A stretch of 64,000 nucleotides of DNA from Candidatus Doudnabacteria bacterium (GCA_016182875.1 JACPFQ010000004.1:259515-323514); one strand, 5' to 3'; positions 18,605 through 28,938 are shown, counted from the first letter of the stretch. A program made the numbers and translations. Notes: a model not told the origin generated them from the letters alone.

Positions 18605-18952
18605 ATGGAAAACGACAAGTGGGAGGGCTTGAAAGAAGAAATCAAGAGGAAGTTTAAGATTCTTGAGGAAAAAACCGAAGACGTCCTTGGCGAGACTTCG
18701 GATGGCTTGGTCAAGCAAGGAGTGGCGGAGGTTTTGATTATAAAAACCCCCATGGGCAAAATCAAGCTCGTCCGCGAAAACCGGCCCGCGGTTTTGGACA
18801 AGAAATTCATTTACTCTCACCGCGCCGGCCAAGCCGGGCGCACGGAATACACTTTTTCGGACACGGAATTCTCGCACAAGCTCCGTGCGTTTAAGTGGGA
18901 TGAAGACGAAGATGACTGGAAGGAAATAGATGCCAAAAATTTCGGAAATTAA
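18605..18952 (+). CDS. Hypothetical protein
   Basis: ATG at 18605 (MENDKWEG...); charged composition; operon-like overlap with the next gene. Confidence 0.7.
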   Translation: MENDKWEGLKEEIKRKFKILEEKTEDVLGETSDGLVKQGVAEVLIIKTPMGKIKLVRENRPAVLDKKFIYSHRAGQAGRTEYTFSDTEFSHKLRAFKWDEDEDDWKEIDAKNFGN

Positions 18953-19865
18953 GGAGCGGGTTGGGACAGACTTAGCCAACGGTGTTCTGTCCACTTTGGC
19001 TTTTTTCGGCATGTATGGTTTGCCGCTATCTTCAAAAAGGGTTTTTGAACTGCTTTATCAAACCAGAGCCAGTAAGCAGCAGGTTAATGAGGCTTTGGAA
19101 GATTTGGTGTTAAGAAGCAAAGTTGTCAAACACGATAATCTTTACGCTCTGAAATCCTGGGATGACTTGCAGTCGCTGATGCGTGACGACGAAACAAAAA
19201 AACGCTGGAAGCAGGTCGACAAGTATTTCAAACTTTTGTCCAGCATTCCATTTATCGAGCATATTTCCATAATCCATAGTTTGGCCATCGGCAATGTCAA
19301 TTCCGAATCAGATATTGATTTTTTCGTAATCACGAAGCCAAATCGGCTTTATTTCGTGCGAAGCTTGGTTATCGTTTTATTCCGAATGTTCGGGGTTTAT
19401 AGAACCAGAACTCAAATCGCCGGCAGGCTAAGTTTTGGTTACTATGTCAGCAGCAAGGCTTTGGATTTATCCGAGGTTGAGGGCAAAGACCCATTCATGG
19501 CTTTTTGGTTCGCTTCGTTCCTGCCGATTTTCGGCAAGCAAACGTATTTAAAGCTTGCGGAAAGCAACCAATGGATTTATGAGTTCCTGCCGAATTATTC
19601 GCCGCAGGCCAGGATAGAAAACATCCGAAGAGCAGAATCAACTTTGCTCAAAAAGTTTCTGGAAACCCTGCTCCAGTTGCCCGCAGTTTTGATTGAACCG
19701 TTGCTTCGTTCTATTCATATCACTCACACTTTCAACCTTCCGGAGAATCACTGGGCGACCTCGACTACCATTGCCAACCGCGACGTCTTGAAACTGCAGG
19801 CGGTCAGCCAAAGGCGGCTGATAGTTGAAAAATATGAAAATCATCGCCGTAATATTGCTTTGTAA
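18930..19865 (+). CDS. Nucleotidyltransferase-domain protein
   Basis: SLAIGN...ESDIDFFVIT (pol-beta-type DxD motif). Confidence 0.7.
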   Translation: MPKISEIKERVGTDLANGVLSTLAFFGMYGLPLSSKRVFELLYQTRASKQQVNEALEDLVLRSKVVKHDNLYALKSWDDLQSLMRDDETKKRWKQVDKYFKLLSSIPFIEHISIIHSLAIGNVNSESDIDFFVITKPNRLYFVRSLVIVLFRMFGVYRTRTQIAGRLSFGYYVSSKALDLSEVEGKDPFMAFWFASFLPIFGKQTYLKLAESNQWIYEFLPNYSPQARIENIRRAESTLLKKFLETLLQLPAVLIEPLLRSIHITHTFNLPENHWATSTTIANRDVLKLQAVSQRRLIVEKYENHRRNIAL

Positions 19866-20583
19866 AAATTGGTGGCGTATCTTTTTGAGCAAGTTGTTTG
19901 TTCGCCAAAAGCTCAATCAAATAGAATTAAGAAACAAAACACGCTTCAAGGTCAATCAAAAATTGGAAACAGCTGAATTGTCCATGCTCGCCGACATCTG
20001 GCTTCGGCATGTTTATGAACGCGATTTTTTGAAAATTGAACCGACTGACGTGGTTTTGGACATAGGCGCTAACAAAGGATATTTTACAATTTACGCTGCC
20101 AGGCAAGCACAACATGTTTACAGCATCGAGCCTGTGCCGCGGTTGGTTGAATTTATCAAGTACAATACTTCCCTCAACAATCTTTTAAATGTTTCTGTTT
20201 TTGAGCAGGCCTTGTGGGACAGAACGGGAAGAGAAAATTTTTATATCTCGTCGAACAGCGGCGGACACGGCATGCGGCCGAAACCCTCAACGATCGGCGA
20301 AATAACCGTCGAGACAACTACTTTGGAACAGTTCTGCAGGGATAATAAAATTGAGAGAATTGATTTTCTGAAGCTCGACTGTGAGGGCTCGGAATACAAC
20401 ATTATTCTTACCTTAAGCGAAGCGATGCTTGGAAGAATAGGCAAAATCGCCATGGAGTGCCATGACTTTTTGAGTTTTCATCATTCGCAGATCCGGGATT
20501 TCCTGCAGGCCAAGGGCTTCGAAGTATTGGCGAAAAAAGGCTATTTGTATGCTTATCGGAAGGACTTGCAAAGCTTGCAATGA
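19825..20583 (+). CDS. FkbM family methyltransferase
   Basis: VLDIGANKG, IEP, IDFLKLDCEGSE. Confidence 0.92.
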   Translation: MKNMKIIAVILLCKNWWRIFLSKLFVRQKLNQIELRNKTRFKVNQKLETAELSMLADIWLRHVYERDFLKIEPTDVVLDIGANKGYFTIYAARQAQHVYSIEPVPRLVEFIKYNTSLNNLLNVSVFEQALWDRTGRENFYISSNSGGHGMRPKPSTIGEITVETTTLEQFCRDNKIERIDFLKLDCEGSEYNIILTLSEAMLGRIGKIAMECHDFLSFHHSQIRDFLQAKGFEVLAKKGYLYAYRKDLQSLQ

Positions 20584-20670
20584 CCGATTATAATTACTAG
20601 TACGAAAAAACAAAATGCCTTGTGGCATTTTTTTAACCAAAGCAATTGATATTAAACGGCAGCTTAGGAT

Positions 20671-20766
20671 TTCCCTCCCCTCCCAGGGGAGGGACTAAGG
20701 GTGGGGTGGGTAAAGCAACCTTAAAGCCACCTCTCCCCCGACCCCTCTCCTGCGAGGAGAGGGGAG
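20671..20766. repeat. Empty DUF559-type palindromic element
   Basis: Same architecture and near-identical sequence as 15589-15683. Confidence 0.8.
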
Positions 20767-20788
20767 TTCTAAGCAGAAGGAGAACCAA

Positions 20789-21076
20789 ATGAATATCAAA
20801 CCATTGGGCGACAGGGTGCTTGTAAAGCCTCTGACCCAAGAAGAAGTTACCAAGTCAGGGATCGTGCTGCCTGACACTGCCGAGAAGGAAAAAAAAGAGC
20901 AGGGTGAGGTCGTGGCCATCGGCGAAGGCGAGAAAATCAAGAAGCTCAATCTCAAAATCGGCGATAAAGTTTTGTTCGGCAAATACTCAGGTGATGACGT
21001 CGAGATGGGAGAAGGTACGAATAAGGTCGAATATAAATTCCTCAAAGATGAGGATATTTTGGGCATTGTTGAGTAA
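20789..21076 (+). CDS. groES: Co-chaperonin GroES
   Basis: IKPLGDRVLV, SGIVLPDTA.KEK. Confidence 0.98.
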   Translation: MNIKPLGDRVLVKPLTQEEVTKSGIVLPDTAEKEKKEQGEVVAIGEGEKIKKLNLKIGDKVLFGKYSGDDVEMGEGTNKVEYKFLKDEDILGIVE

Positions 21077-22822
<1,746 letters not shown>

Positions 22823-22860
22823 TCCACTAATAGACACGAATATAAAACCAATAAACACTA

Positions 22861-23277
22861 ATGGCAGAACTCTTACATAAAGAGTTATCATATATAGTGC
22901 ATGGTGCGGCTATTGAAGTTCGAAAAGATTTTGGGCCAGGACACAAAGAAAAACTATATCAAACAGCATTTGCGCAGGAACTCGACCGCCGAAGTATAAA
23001 TTTCAAACAAGAGCCAGCAGTAAATATCTATTCACCTAAGGATGGACAAAAAGTCGGGTTATATTGACCCGACTTTGTTGTTGACGGTAAAATACTTGTC
23101 GAAATGAAGGCTGAAAAATTCGTTAATCGTGATGAGATCAAAAGAATCTATGATTATTTGCGAAACAGTAAATATGAATTAGCCTATTTTATAAACTTCG
23201 CTTCACCTAAGCTCTACGTCAGACGCATCATCTTTACTAATGATAGAAAGCTTTCAATGCCCAGTAAGTTCGTGTAA
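22861..23277 (+). pseudogene. GxxExxY protein with an internal nonsense codon
   Basis: GPGHKEKLY motif. In-frame TGA at 23065-23067 (GLY*PDFVV, where Arg is expected). The frame continues ILVEMKA...YLR...INF to TAA at 23277. Confidence 0.9.
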
Positions 23278-23345
23278 ATTCGTCTATTATTAGTGTTAAT
23301 TAGTGGTTTATTTGGCTAAGTTAAGCCTTTTTTGAGGCCAAAGTC

Positions 23346-23374
23346 TTGACAGCGCCGGCAAAAAGGTATATACT
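23346..23374 (+). promoter_or_regulatory. Strong sigma70 promoter at the head of the cassette-like array
   Basis: TTGACA-17 nt-TATACT. Confidence 0.75.
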
Positions 23375-23480
23375 TTTGAGTTCTTTTTAAAATCGCATAT
23401 TATGCCAATTTCGTAACAGGACCGAAGTTTGGCGTTAAAAATTATACAAAAACAGCTCCTGTATTACGAGCTGTTTTTGT

Positions 23481-23603
23481 TTCCACTATTCTGGGTACTA
23501 ACTTGATTTAGCCCGCCCGAACGTACCGTTCGGTACGGGCGGGCAGGGAAATCATTTTATTGCCCTCTTAAGCAATCAAGCCTAAGTACCCAGAATTGTG
23601 GAA
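23481..23603. repeat. Array repeat R1 (with a 32-nt palindromic insert)
   Basis: TTCCACTATTCTGGGTACT...AGTACCCAGAATTGTGGAA. Confidence 0.95.
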
Positions 23604-23656
23604 GTAACAGCAAGTTCTTTTGTTTTAGCGCTTTAAATGCGCAGCGGGAGTGTGAG

Positions 23657-24013
23657 ATGAAGAATATGCGATGTATTGCGTTGTACTTCGCCTTGGTCGC
23701 CTCGCTTGGTTTCAATGTCTACTACATGTTCAAAATGTCGGCGGGCCGCGTCGGCCAGGTCATGACAAGGGTCGGCAACATCCCGAACAACGAAGTGCAG
23801 TTCGAGCTCTTCGAAGTCAGCGCTGTCGGTCAGTCGAAGATGCTCTATGGCTGTTTGGAACTCCGCGCGGTGGAGAAGACCATGGCCTACCTCGGGACCA
23901 CGTATAGCGCGGACTATACGTACTTCACCGAACAGGGGTGGGTCACCATGCTGGTCGATCCGGTTCCGGTGACGTTCGCCGGCCTTCGATACATCAACCA
24001 GCGTATCGAGTAG
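23657..24013 (+). CDS. Cassette-like orphan protein with an N-terminal TM helix or signal peptide
   Basis: 118 aa, GC-rich, GGGAG RBS, follows R1. Confidence 0.7.
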   Translation: MKNMRCIALYFALVASLGFNVYYMFKMSAGRVGQVMTRVGNIPNNEVQFELFEVSAVGQSKMLYGCLELRAVEKTMAYLGTTYSADYTYFTEQGWVTMLVDPVPVTFAGLRYINQRIE

Positions 24014-24250
24014 TGCCAACAACCGGCGGCGCCGGAAACTGAGGGTAAGTAGGAGGAAGTTCCCAACCGCTTGGCGGCGGTCACAAATCATTTCGGATTA
24101 CTTCATTCTAAGTAATCCACCCAGAAGTGCGCCAACACTTCTCCTGTCCTGTGAGCTAGTACTCTAATACTGCGCCGTATTAGAGTGAAGCTTAGAGGAT
24201 AGGACATTAACAAACTTCTAATTTCTAATTACTAATTTCTAAAATTTTGT

Positions 24251-24336
24251 TTCCACGATTCTGGGCGTTAGTTAGAACTAAGGATGAATTCAGTAATACT
24301 GCCTTGAAAGTTAAATTGATACCCAGAATCGTGGAA
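24251..24336. repeat. Array repeat R2
   Basis: Perfect 15-bp inverted repeat TTCCACGATTCTGGG...CCCAGAATCGTGGAA with a different interior. Confidence 0.93.
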
Positions 24337-24379
24337 GTGAAAGATTGTCAGCACCTGACAAGGTGCAAAGTGAGGCAAC

Positions 24380-24613
24380 ATGAAGGGATTAAGCGCTCTC
24401 CTCGGAATCGCGATGATACTTCTGGCTCTCCGGGTTAGCTCTGTTGTTGAAGCCAACCCTGATCCATATAGGGAGATTCTCCCCGGGGTGATTGCGGTCG
24501 CCTCGATCGTCTGTCTCGTAATGGCCGCCGCCGGCCTGCTGCTGTACGCGATCTCGCCGCCGAGTAATCGGGACAACCTGCCGCGGCAGACGTCCTGTCG
24601 GTGGCACAAGTAA
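24380..24613 (+). CDS. Cassette-like small 2-TM protein
   Basis: 77 aa, two hydrophobic segments, GAGG RBS, follows R2. Confidence 0.65.
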   Translation: MKGLSALLGIAMILLALRVSSVVEANPDPYREILPGVIAVASIVCLVMAAAGLLLYAISPPSNRDNLPRQTSCRWHK

Positions 24614-24740
24614 GGCCAACGACGGCACTATGAATGGAGGACACAGAATGCATTAAGTAACTCGCGAACCATCGCGAATTGAATAGTGGGGCCAGAGCAA
24701 GCCAAACCTCTGTCCCCACATCCCGTTTCCAATATTTTGT

Positions 24741-24831
24741 TTCCACTATTCTGGGTACTAACTTGATTTAGCAGGGAAATCATTTTATTGCCCTCTTAAG
24801 CAATCAAGCCTAAGCACCCAGAATTGTGGAA
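24741..24831. repeat. Array repeat R3
   Basis: Nearly identical to R1 minus the insert. Confidence 0.95.
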
Positions 24832-24843
24832 TTGAAAGGGAGG

Positions 24844-25101
24844 ATGGACATGACGCGTGCGCAGCGCAAGAGATACGAAAGGAAGATGCAGAAGAAGGCC
24901 GAACGGGGCCTGATTGCGCCGACTCTCGTGATCGTCGGCGGGCTGGCCTTGGCGCAGGTCGGTTACTCGTTGATCTCTGAGCCGTTCAGGATCATCGAGT
25001 TCATCGGCCTCGGCATCGTCGCTCTCGCCGGAGCCGATTGGTTGAGAGTATTCGTGTACATGTATCGCAACCGGCCGACCTACGAGGATCGGCTGCTCTA
25101 G
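24844..25101 (+). CDS. Cassette-like small 2-TM protein
   Basis: GGGAGG RBS; basic N-terminus (TRAQRKRYERK) then two TM segments. Confidence 0.7.
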   Translation: MDMTRAQRKRYERKMQKKAERGLIAPTLVIVGGLALAQVGYSLISEPFRIIEFIGLGIVALAGADWLRVFVYMYRNRPTYEDRLL

Positions 25102-25109
25102 GAGGGCAG

Positions 25110-25460
25110 ATGAAGCTCAGAACCATCGGTTGGGTGCTCGCGTTTGTCGCCGCGGCCATTGTCGGCGCGATCGGCGACAACATGTACATGCAGGCGCGGC
25201 TTGAAGCCCAGCTCGGCTCATGCCCCGCCACGGTCCAGGTCCTGCAAGACGCCCTCGACAACTCGGCTGTGCTGAAAGAACAGCTGACCGAGTGGTTCGT
25301 GGCCACCGACGAACAAACCAAGCCGCTTCGGCTGACCTCCTTCACTGTCAGCCAAAAGGGCGAGGAGAAGCGCTGGGTCGGAGCCGCGGTCGAGAAGGAC
25401 CTGCTGCTCTCGCCGATCGGCAGAATCGTCGGCCGTGTCGTCGGCGAAGCCGGTCCCTAG
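25110..25460 (+). CDS. Cassette-like protein with an N-terminal TM helix
   Basis: GGAGG RBS overlaps the upstream stop; MKLRTIGWVLAFV... Confidence 0.7.
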   Translation: MKLRTIGWVLAFVAAAIVGAIGDNMYMQARLEAQLGSCPATVQVLQDALDNSAVLKEQLTEWFVATDEQTKPLRLTSFTVSQKGEEKRWVGAAVEKDLLLSPIGRIVGRVVGEAGP

Positions 25461-25640
25461 CGTTCCGTGAGGCGCGATGAGTGAGAGGTCTATTCGACTC
25501 TCCTCATCCGCTCTCTTCCTAAATTTTCGAGATTCGAAGATTTTGGAAGGGAGCAATCCCGAAACGGATTTAAATACTTTAATACATTATCGTATTAAAG
25601 TGAATAGGTTAATAGTTAACAGCCACGAGCCAAGCTCGTG

Positions 25641-25728
25641 TCCGCCATTCTGGGTACTAACTTGATTTAGCAGGGAAATCAAATTATGCCCTCAAAGCAA
25701 TCAAGCCATTGCACCCAGAGTCGTGGAA
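25641..25728. repeat. Array repeat R4
   Basis: TCCGCCATTCTGGGTACTAACTTGATTTAGCAGGG...CACCCAGAGTCGTGGAA-GTAACAGCAAG. Confidence 0.9.
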
Positions 25729-25792
25729 GTAACAGCAAGATCTTTGATAAAAAAAGTCGCCTTGGTTAGGCGACGGCTAGTATAGAATATAG

Positions 25793-26031
25793 TTAGTAAG
25801 GCAGAACAATTCCGAGTTTGTCGGCCACTTTTTTGGCCCAAGCTTCCAGGACTTCCAGGCGTTTGCGCATGATGATATGCTCTTCCTGGAAAGTTTTGAC
25901 GATTTTAGTAAGCCCGTCAGGTTTGTTAAGAGAATGTCAATCTTTGAATCAGTATGCGCTAAATCCTCTTTAGTGACAAAGACTTCTTTCTCAGCTTCGA
26001 TTAAATTTTTGATGTCCTGGGGAGTAAGCAT
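25793..26031 (-). pseudogene. Small AT-rich coiled-coil protein with an apparent 1-nt frameshift
   Basis: MLTPQDIKNLIEAEKEVFVTKEDL... continues in another frame as ...LTKIVKTFQEEHIIMRKRLEVLEAWAKKVADKLGIVLPY*. Confidence 0.55.
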
Positions 26032-26206
26032 TTATGCTGTTAATTAATATTAAAATTTGATCTATATGTTTTTGAACCTTAGTAATATCCGCTTCCAGCT
26101 TGTCGAACTTCTCGTCCAAGTATCCCAATAATGGTTTAAAATTAATCTCAGCCATAATAGTGCATTTATTCTAGTCCTTTGAAAATTTCCAGTCAATATA
26201 TTTTGT

Positions 26207-26250
26207 TTCTACGGTTCTGGGCGTTAGAATTAGCACCCAGAATTGTGGAG
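26207..26250. repeat. Array repeat R5 (minimal form)
   Basis: TTCTACGGTTCTGGGCG-TTAGAATTAG-CACCCAGAATTGTGGAG, preceded by TTTTGT. Confidence 0.85.
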
Positions 26251-26285
26251 GCAAACAAGCTTCTACTAATATGCAGGAGGACTGC

Positions 26286-26669
26286 ATGACGATAAACCAT
26301 GAGTTTAAGGTCGGCGATCGTGTCAGGTTTTCTCGAGCCGGAATTGGCGACTCGATTGACCTTTCTGAGGAAAGAGTCGCTCAACTGAGACAGAAAATCG
26401 CTCAGTTGAAAGATCAGGCAGTCGAGAAAGAACTGGCTGTAGACCAGCAGATTGAACTGGAAGCGAGCATGGATGAATTGGATTACATCCTCTTGCTCAG
26501 TTCAAACTCAATCTACTGCGTAGTCGAAAAGAGAACGCAGTGTACGATTTTCGAGAACACCAGCGGTGTCTCGAAAGAAGTTTTGGCCCAGGACATCAAG
26601 CTTGAAGATGTTTTTGTGCCAAATCTCTACGACGAGCTTTTCCCGGTTGACTGGTTCGAACTCGCTTAA
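26286..26669 (+). CDS. Cassette-like orphan protein (FKVGDRV SH3/KOW-like start plus coiled coil)
   Basis: GGAGG RBS, follows R5. Confidence 0.7.
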   Translation: MTINHEFKVGDRVRFSRAGIGDSIDLSEERVAQLRQKIAQLKDQAVEKELAVDQQIELEASMDELDYILLLSSNSIYCVVEKRTQCTIFENTSGVSKEVLAQDIKLEDVFVPNLYDELFPVDWFELA

Positions 26670-26797
26670 GTAGTCCTGTTCGGAAATCTCTCAAGGTTGG
26701 TTGGGTTAGAAGCAAGCCCCGTGTGGTGTAGCCGTCGTGCAATTACCAAGAAGTGCAGTTAGGTCCAAGGTGTAAGTTGATTAATTTCTCTTCCACC

Positions 26798-26853
26798 TTT
26801 CTATTTCCCTTCAATGGGACTGATGAGTCCGTGAAATCCGGACGAAATAGAAA
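26798..26853 (+). ncRNA. Type III hammerhead ribozyme
   Basis: TTTCTAT-T-TCCC ttcaat GGGA-CTGATGA-GTCCG tgaaatc CGGAC-GAA-ATAGAAA. The full core and three stems are present, and the loops are complementary (TTCA/TGAA). Predicted cleavage after AUU at 26805. Confidence 0.88.
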
Positions 26854-26928
26854 TTGTTTCCACGATTCTGAATACTTAATGTTGTAATACAGGAACTAAA
26901 TAGTTAACAGTCACGAGCTAAGCTCGTG

Positions 26929-27074
26929 TCCACCATTCTGGGCACTTATCTTGGTTTAGTCCCGACGCTACGGTTCCGACGCAAGGTCGGAACAGGTCGG
27001 GACAGGCAGGGAATCATATATAAATGCCCTCGAGCCTTAAGCAATCAATGCTCTAAGTACCCAGAATTGTGGAA
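26929..27074. repeat. Array repeat R6 (with insert; an extra left half-site lies at 26858-26870)
   Basis: TCCACCATTCTGGGCACTT...AAGTACCCAGAATTGTGGAA-GTAACAGCAAGTTCTTTTG. Confidence 0.92.
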
Positions 27075-27121
27075 GTAACAGCAAGTTCTTTTGAGCGCGA
27101 AATGTGCGCGTGAGGTGTGAC

Positions 27122-27439
27122 ATGCAGATTCAGGATTTTATCTTGATCGCCCTCGGGATTGCGGCGTTCCTCTCCATCACGTTGAGGGTCGCGCGAGCTC
27201 TCTGGACTCTCGGGTCCAGCGCGCGCGGTCTGCTCGGACTACTCGGGCTGGTCGTCGGTGGGTTCGTTCTTATCTGGCTCGTGACTCTCATGCCGGAATC
27301 GGTAATTCCGGTTCAGGGCAAGCGTCTCTTACAGATCGCCGGTATCCTCATGATGCTTGGCGGACTGTATCAAACAATGCAGATGAGGTTCCGGGAAGCG
27401 CATCTGCCGCCAGGTTCCAAGGAGGATGCGGCGCGGTAA
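27122..27439 (+). CDS. Cassette-like 3-TM protein
   Basis: GAGGTG RBS, three hydrophobic segments, follows R6. Confidence 0.72.
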   Translation: MQIQDFILIALGIAAFLSITLRVARALWTLGSSARGLLGLLGLVVGGFVLIWLVTLMPESVIPVQGKRLLQIAGILMMLGGLYQTMQMRFREAHLPPGSKEDAAR

Positions 27440-27660
27440 CGCGTCGTAAAAGTGCAAAGGTGGCGAGATGGTTCATACCCACGATGGGTCACTGACCGTT
27501 TTGCCTTCCTTCCCTTGGACTGCACTTATAATACTTTAACGTATTGAAGTGGAGTCCAGAGGATCGGAAGTTAAATCAGTAATAAGAAACTAGTAATAAG
27601 TAATTAGGACAAAAGATTCTAATTACTATATACTTTTTACTAATTACTAATCACTTTTGT

Positions 27661-27750
27661 TTCTAGAATGCGAGTGTAGTTGGCTTAAGTTAAGAGAGAA
27701 CATCATTTTTCAGTCTCAGAACTAACAAGCTAAATACATTCCATTGTGGA
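27661..27750. repeat. Array repeat R7 (diverged, structure conserved)
   Basis: TTTTGT-TTCTAGAATGCGAGTGTA...TACATTCCATTGTGGA; nearly the same length as R3, with an ATCATTTT loop. Confidence 0.65.
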
Positions 27751-27775
27751 CGCGAATTGAGGTGATGAGGTGACT

Positions 27776-27976
27776 ATGAAGAACCCATTGTTCAAACCCG
27801 GAGATCGGTGCACGTTCACCAACCGCAGCGGGAATAGCGCACGCAGCGGTGAAAAATGCACGGTGGTCACTGTGGTTCCGCCGGATGAGCATGATGGCGG
27901 TGTCGCCTACATCGTCGAGTTCGAAAACGGCCACAGGATATCAGTTCATGAAGAAGAGCTCATGCAGACGCATTGA
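27776..27976 (+). CDS. Cassette-like small SH3/KOW-like protein
   Basis: LFKPGDRC...GEKCTVV...YIVEFENG...VHEEEL; GAGGTG RBS. Confidence 0.7.
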   Translation: MKNPLFKPGDRCTFTNRSGNSARSGEKCTVVTVVPPDEHDGGVAYIVEFENGHRISVHEEELMQTH

Positions 27977-27984
27977 GGACTAAC

Positions 27985-28104
27985 ATGCATATCGAGATTG
28001 ATTCGTCCTGGAAGTTCCGGTTGCTCCTCGGTGGTTTGCTCCTGGCGATTTACTTCCTCTGGGAGTACGTCGCAAGCCAGCCGCACCACCTCGTCATCAA
28101 GTAG
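27985..28104 (+). CDS. 39-aa single-TM peptide
   Basis: GAGGA RBS; MHIEIDSSWKFRLLLGGLLLAIYFLWEYVASQPHHLVIK. Confidence 0.55.
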   Translation: MHIEIDSSWKFRLLLGGLLLAIYFLWEYVASQPHHLVIK

Positions 28105-28289
28105 GAGGATTCCTTCCAGCCAGGAAAGCAAGATTTTCCAATCAGCTCACCTTCACCTGGCTTATCCAGCAGGATTGACTCAAGATTAATCCTGCTCCTG
28201 CCCTTGCGCTTAAAACTATATTGAGCTTGAGGGCGGGTCAGTGGTATAATATAGTGTTAAAGCACTTTTATATAATAAAGTCTTTGAGA

Positions 28290-28329
28290 CTTTGGATACT
28301 TAGTTGGTTAAGCGGCCAGAATCGTGGAG
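28290..28329. repeat. Array repeat R8 (right half-site only)
   Basis: CCAGAATCGTGGAG at 28316-28329 just before a GGAGG RBS; the left half is degenerate. Confidence 0.6.
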
Positions 28330-28350
28330 GCTTAACCAAAGGAGGTTGCG

Positions 28351-28614
28351 ATGCCTGAGATCATCGGCTCAGCCGAAGCTGCCAGTTTGACCACCATAGG
28401 CGCGCTGCTTTTCATCCGCTTTGTGTTCGTTGGCCTCTGCCATGTCGAAGACAAAGCCCGCTCCTTCAGCCGACGGGTCTACGGACAGGAAGAAGCGTCC
28501 GAAATCCCGGCAAGCGTCACTGCTCCCGCCGGAAAGATCGTTTCTTTCCCTGCCATCGCCGCGCCCGCACCAATCTCGCGAGAGCGAGAAAAGCAGCCCC
28601 CAATTGCTGCGTAG
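28351..28614 (+). CDS. Cassette-like single-TM protein
   Basis: AAGGAGG RBS, 87 aa. Confidence 0.68.
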   Translation: MPEIIGSAEAASLTTIGALLFIRFVFVGLCHVEDKARSFSRRVYGQEEASEIPASVTAPAGKIVSFPAIAAPAPISREREKQPPIAA

Positions 28615-28743
28615 GCGCTACCAAGAAGGTGGTTCGCTTCTCTAGAGCCACCTTCCCCTCCTTATGTGTTTGACCAAAAGGTCGAATGCATAAGGAGGGA
28701 TATATTTCCGCCCTCGTGTCGTTAACCTCTTAGAGAGGAGAGT

Positions 28744-28938
28744 ATGCAGAAGAAGGCTACCGTCGGCGTGGAATCGTCCGTCGCAAGGCCTGTCGTTCGC
28801 ATCCGTTATTGGTGGGACCCGTGGTCGTTGCTTCCCCCAATGTCTGAAAAGACACACAGGCGGGTATGCAACACCCTCATGGTAATCGCCGCGGCCATTT
28901 TGTTAACATGGGTCGTCGGCGGATTCCTCTTCGAGTAA
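28744..28938 (+). CDS. Small protein with a C-terminal TM helix
   Basis: GAGGAG RBS, 64 aa. Confidence 0.6.
   Translation: MQKKATVGVESSVARPVVRIRYWWDPWSLLPPMSEKTHRRVCNTLMVIAAAILLTWVVGGFLFE

Noticed and set aside
23065-23067. UGA recoding (genetic code 25 or selenocysteine)
   Set aside because: TGA terminates normal genes here (e.g. nusB), and the position corresponds to Arg, so a CGA-to-TGA mutation is the simpler explanation.
23481-28329. CRISPR array interpretation of the GTTTCCAC... repeats
   Set aside because: The intervening segments are hundreds of bp long and protein-coding, repeat length varies about threefold, and no cas genes are present.
23481-28329. Canonical integron attC sites
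   Set aside because: No RYYYAAC...GTTRRRY ends were found, the repeats sit next to start codons rather than stop codons, and there is no intI in the window. Retained only as an analogy.
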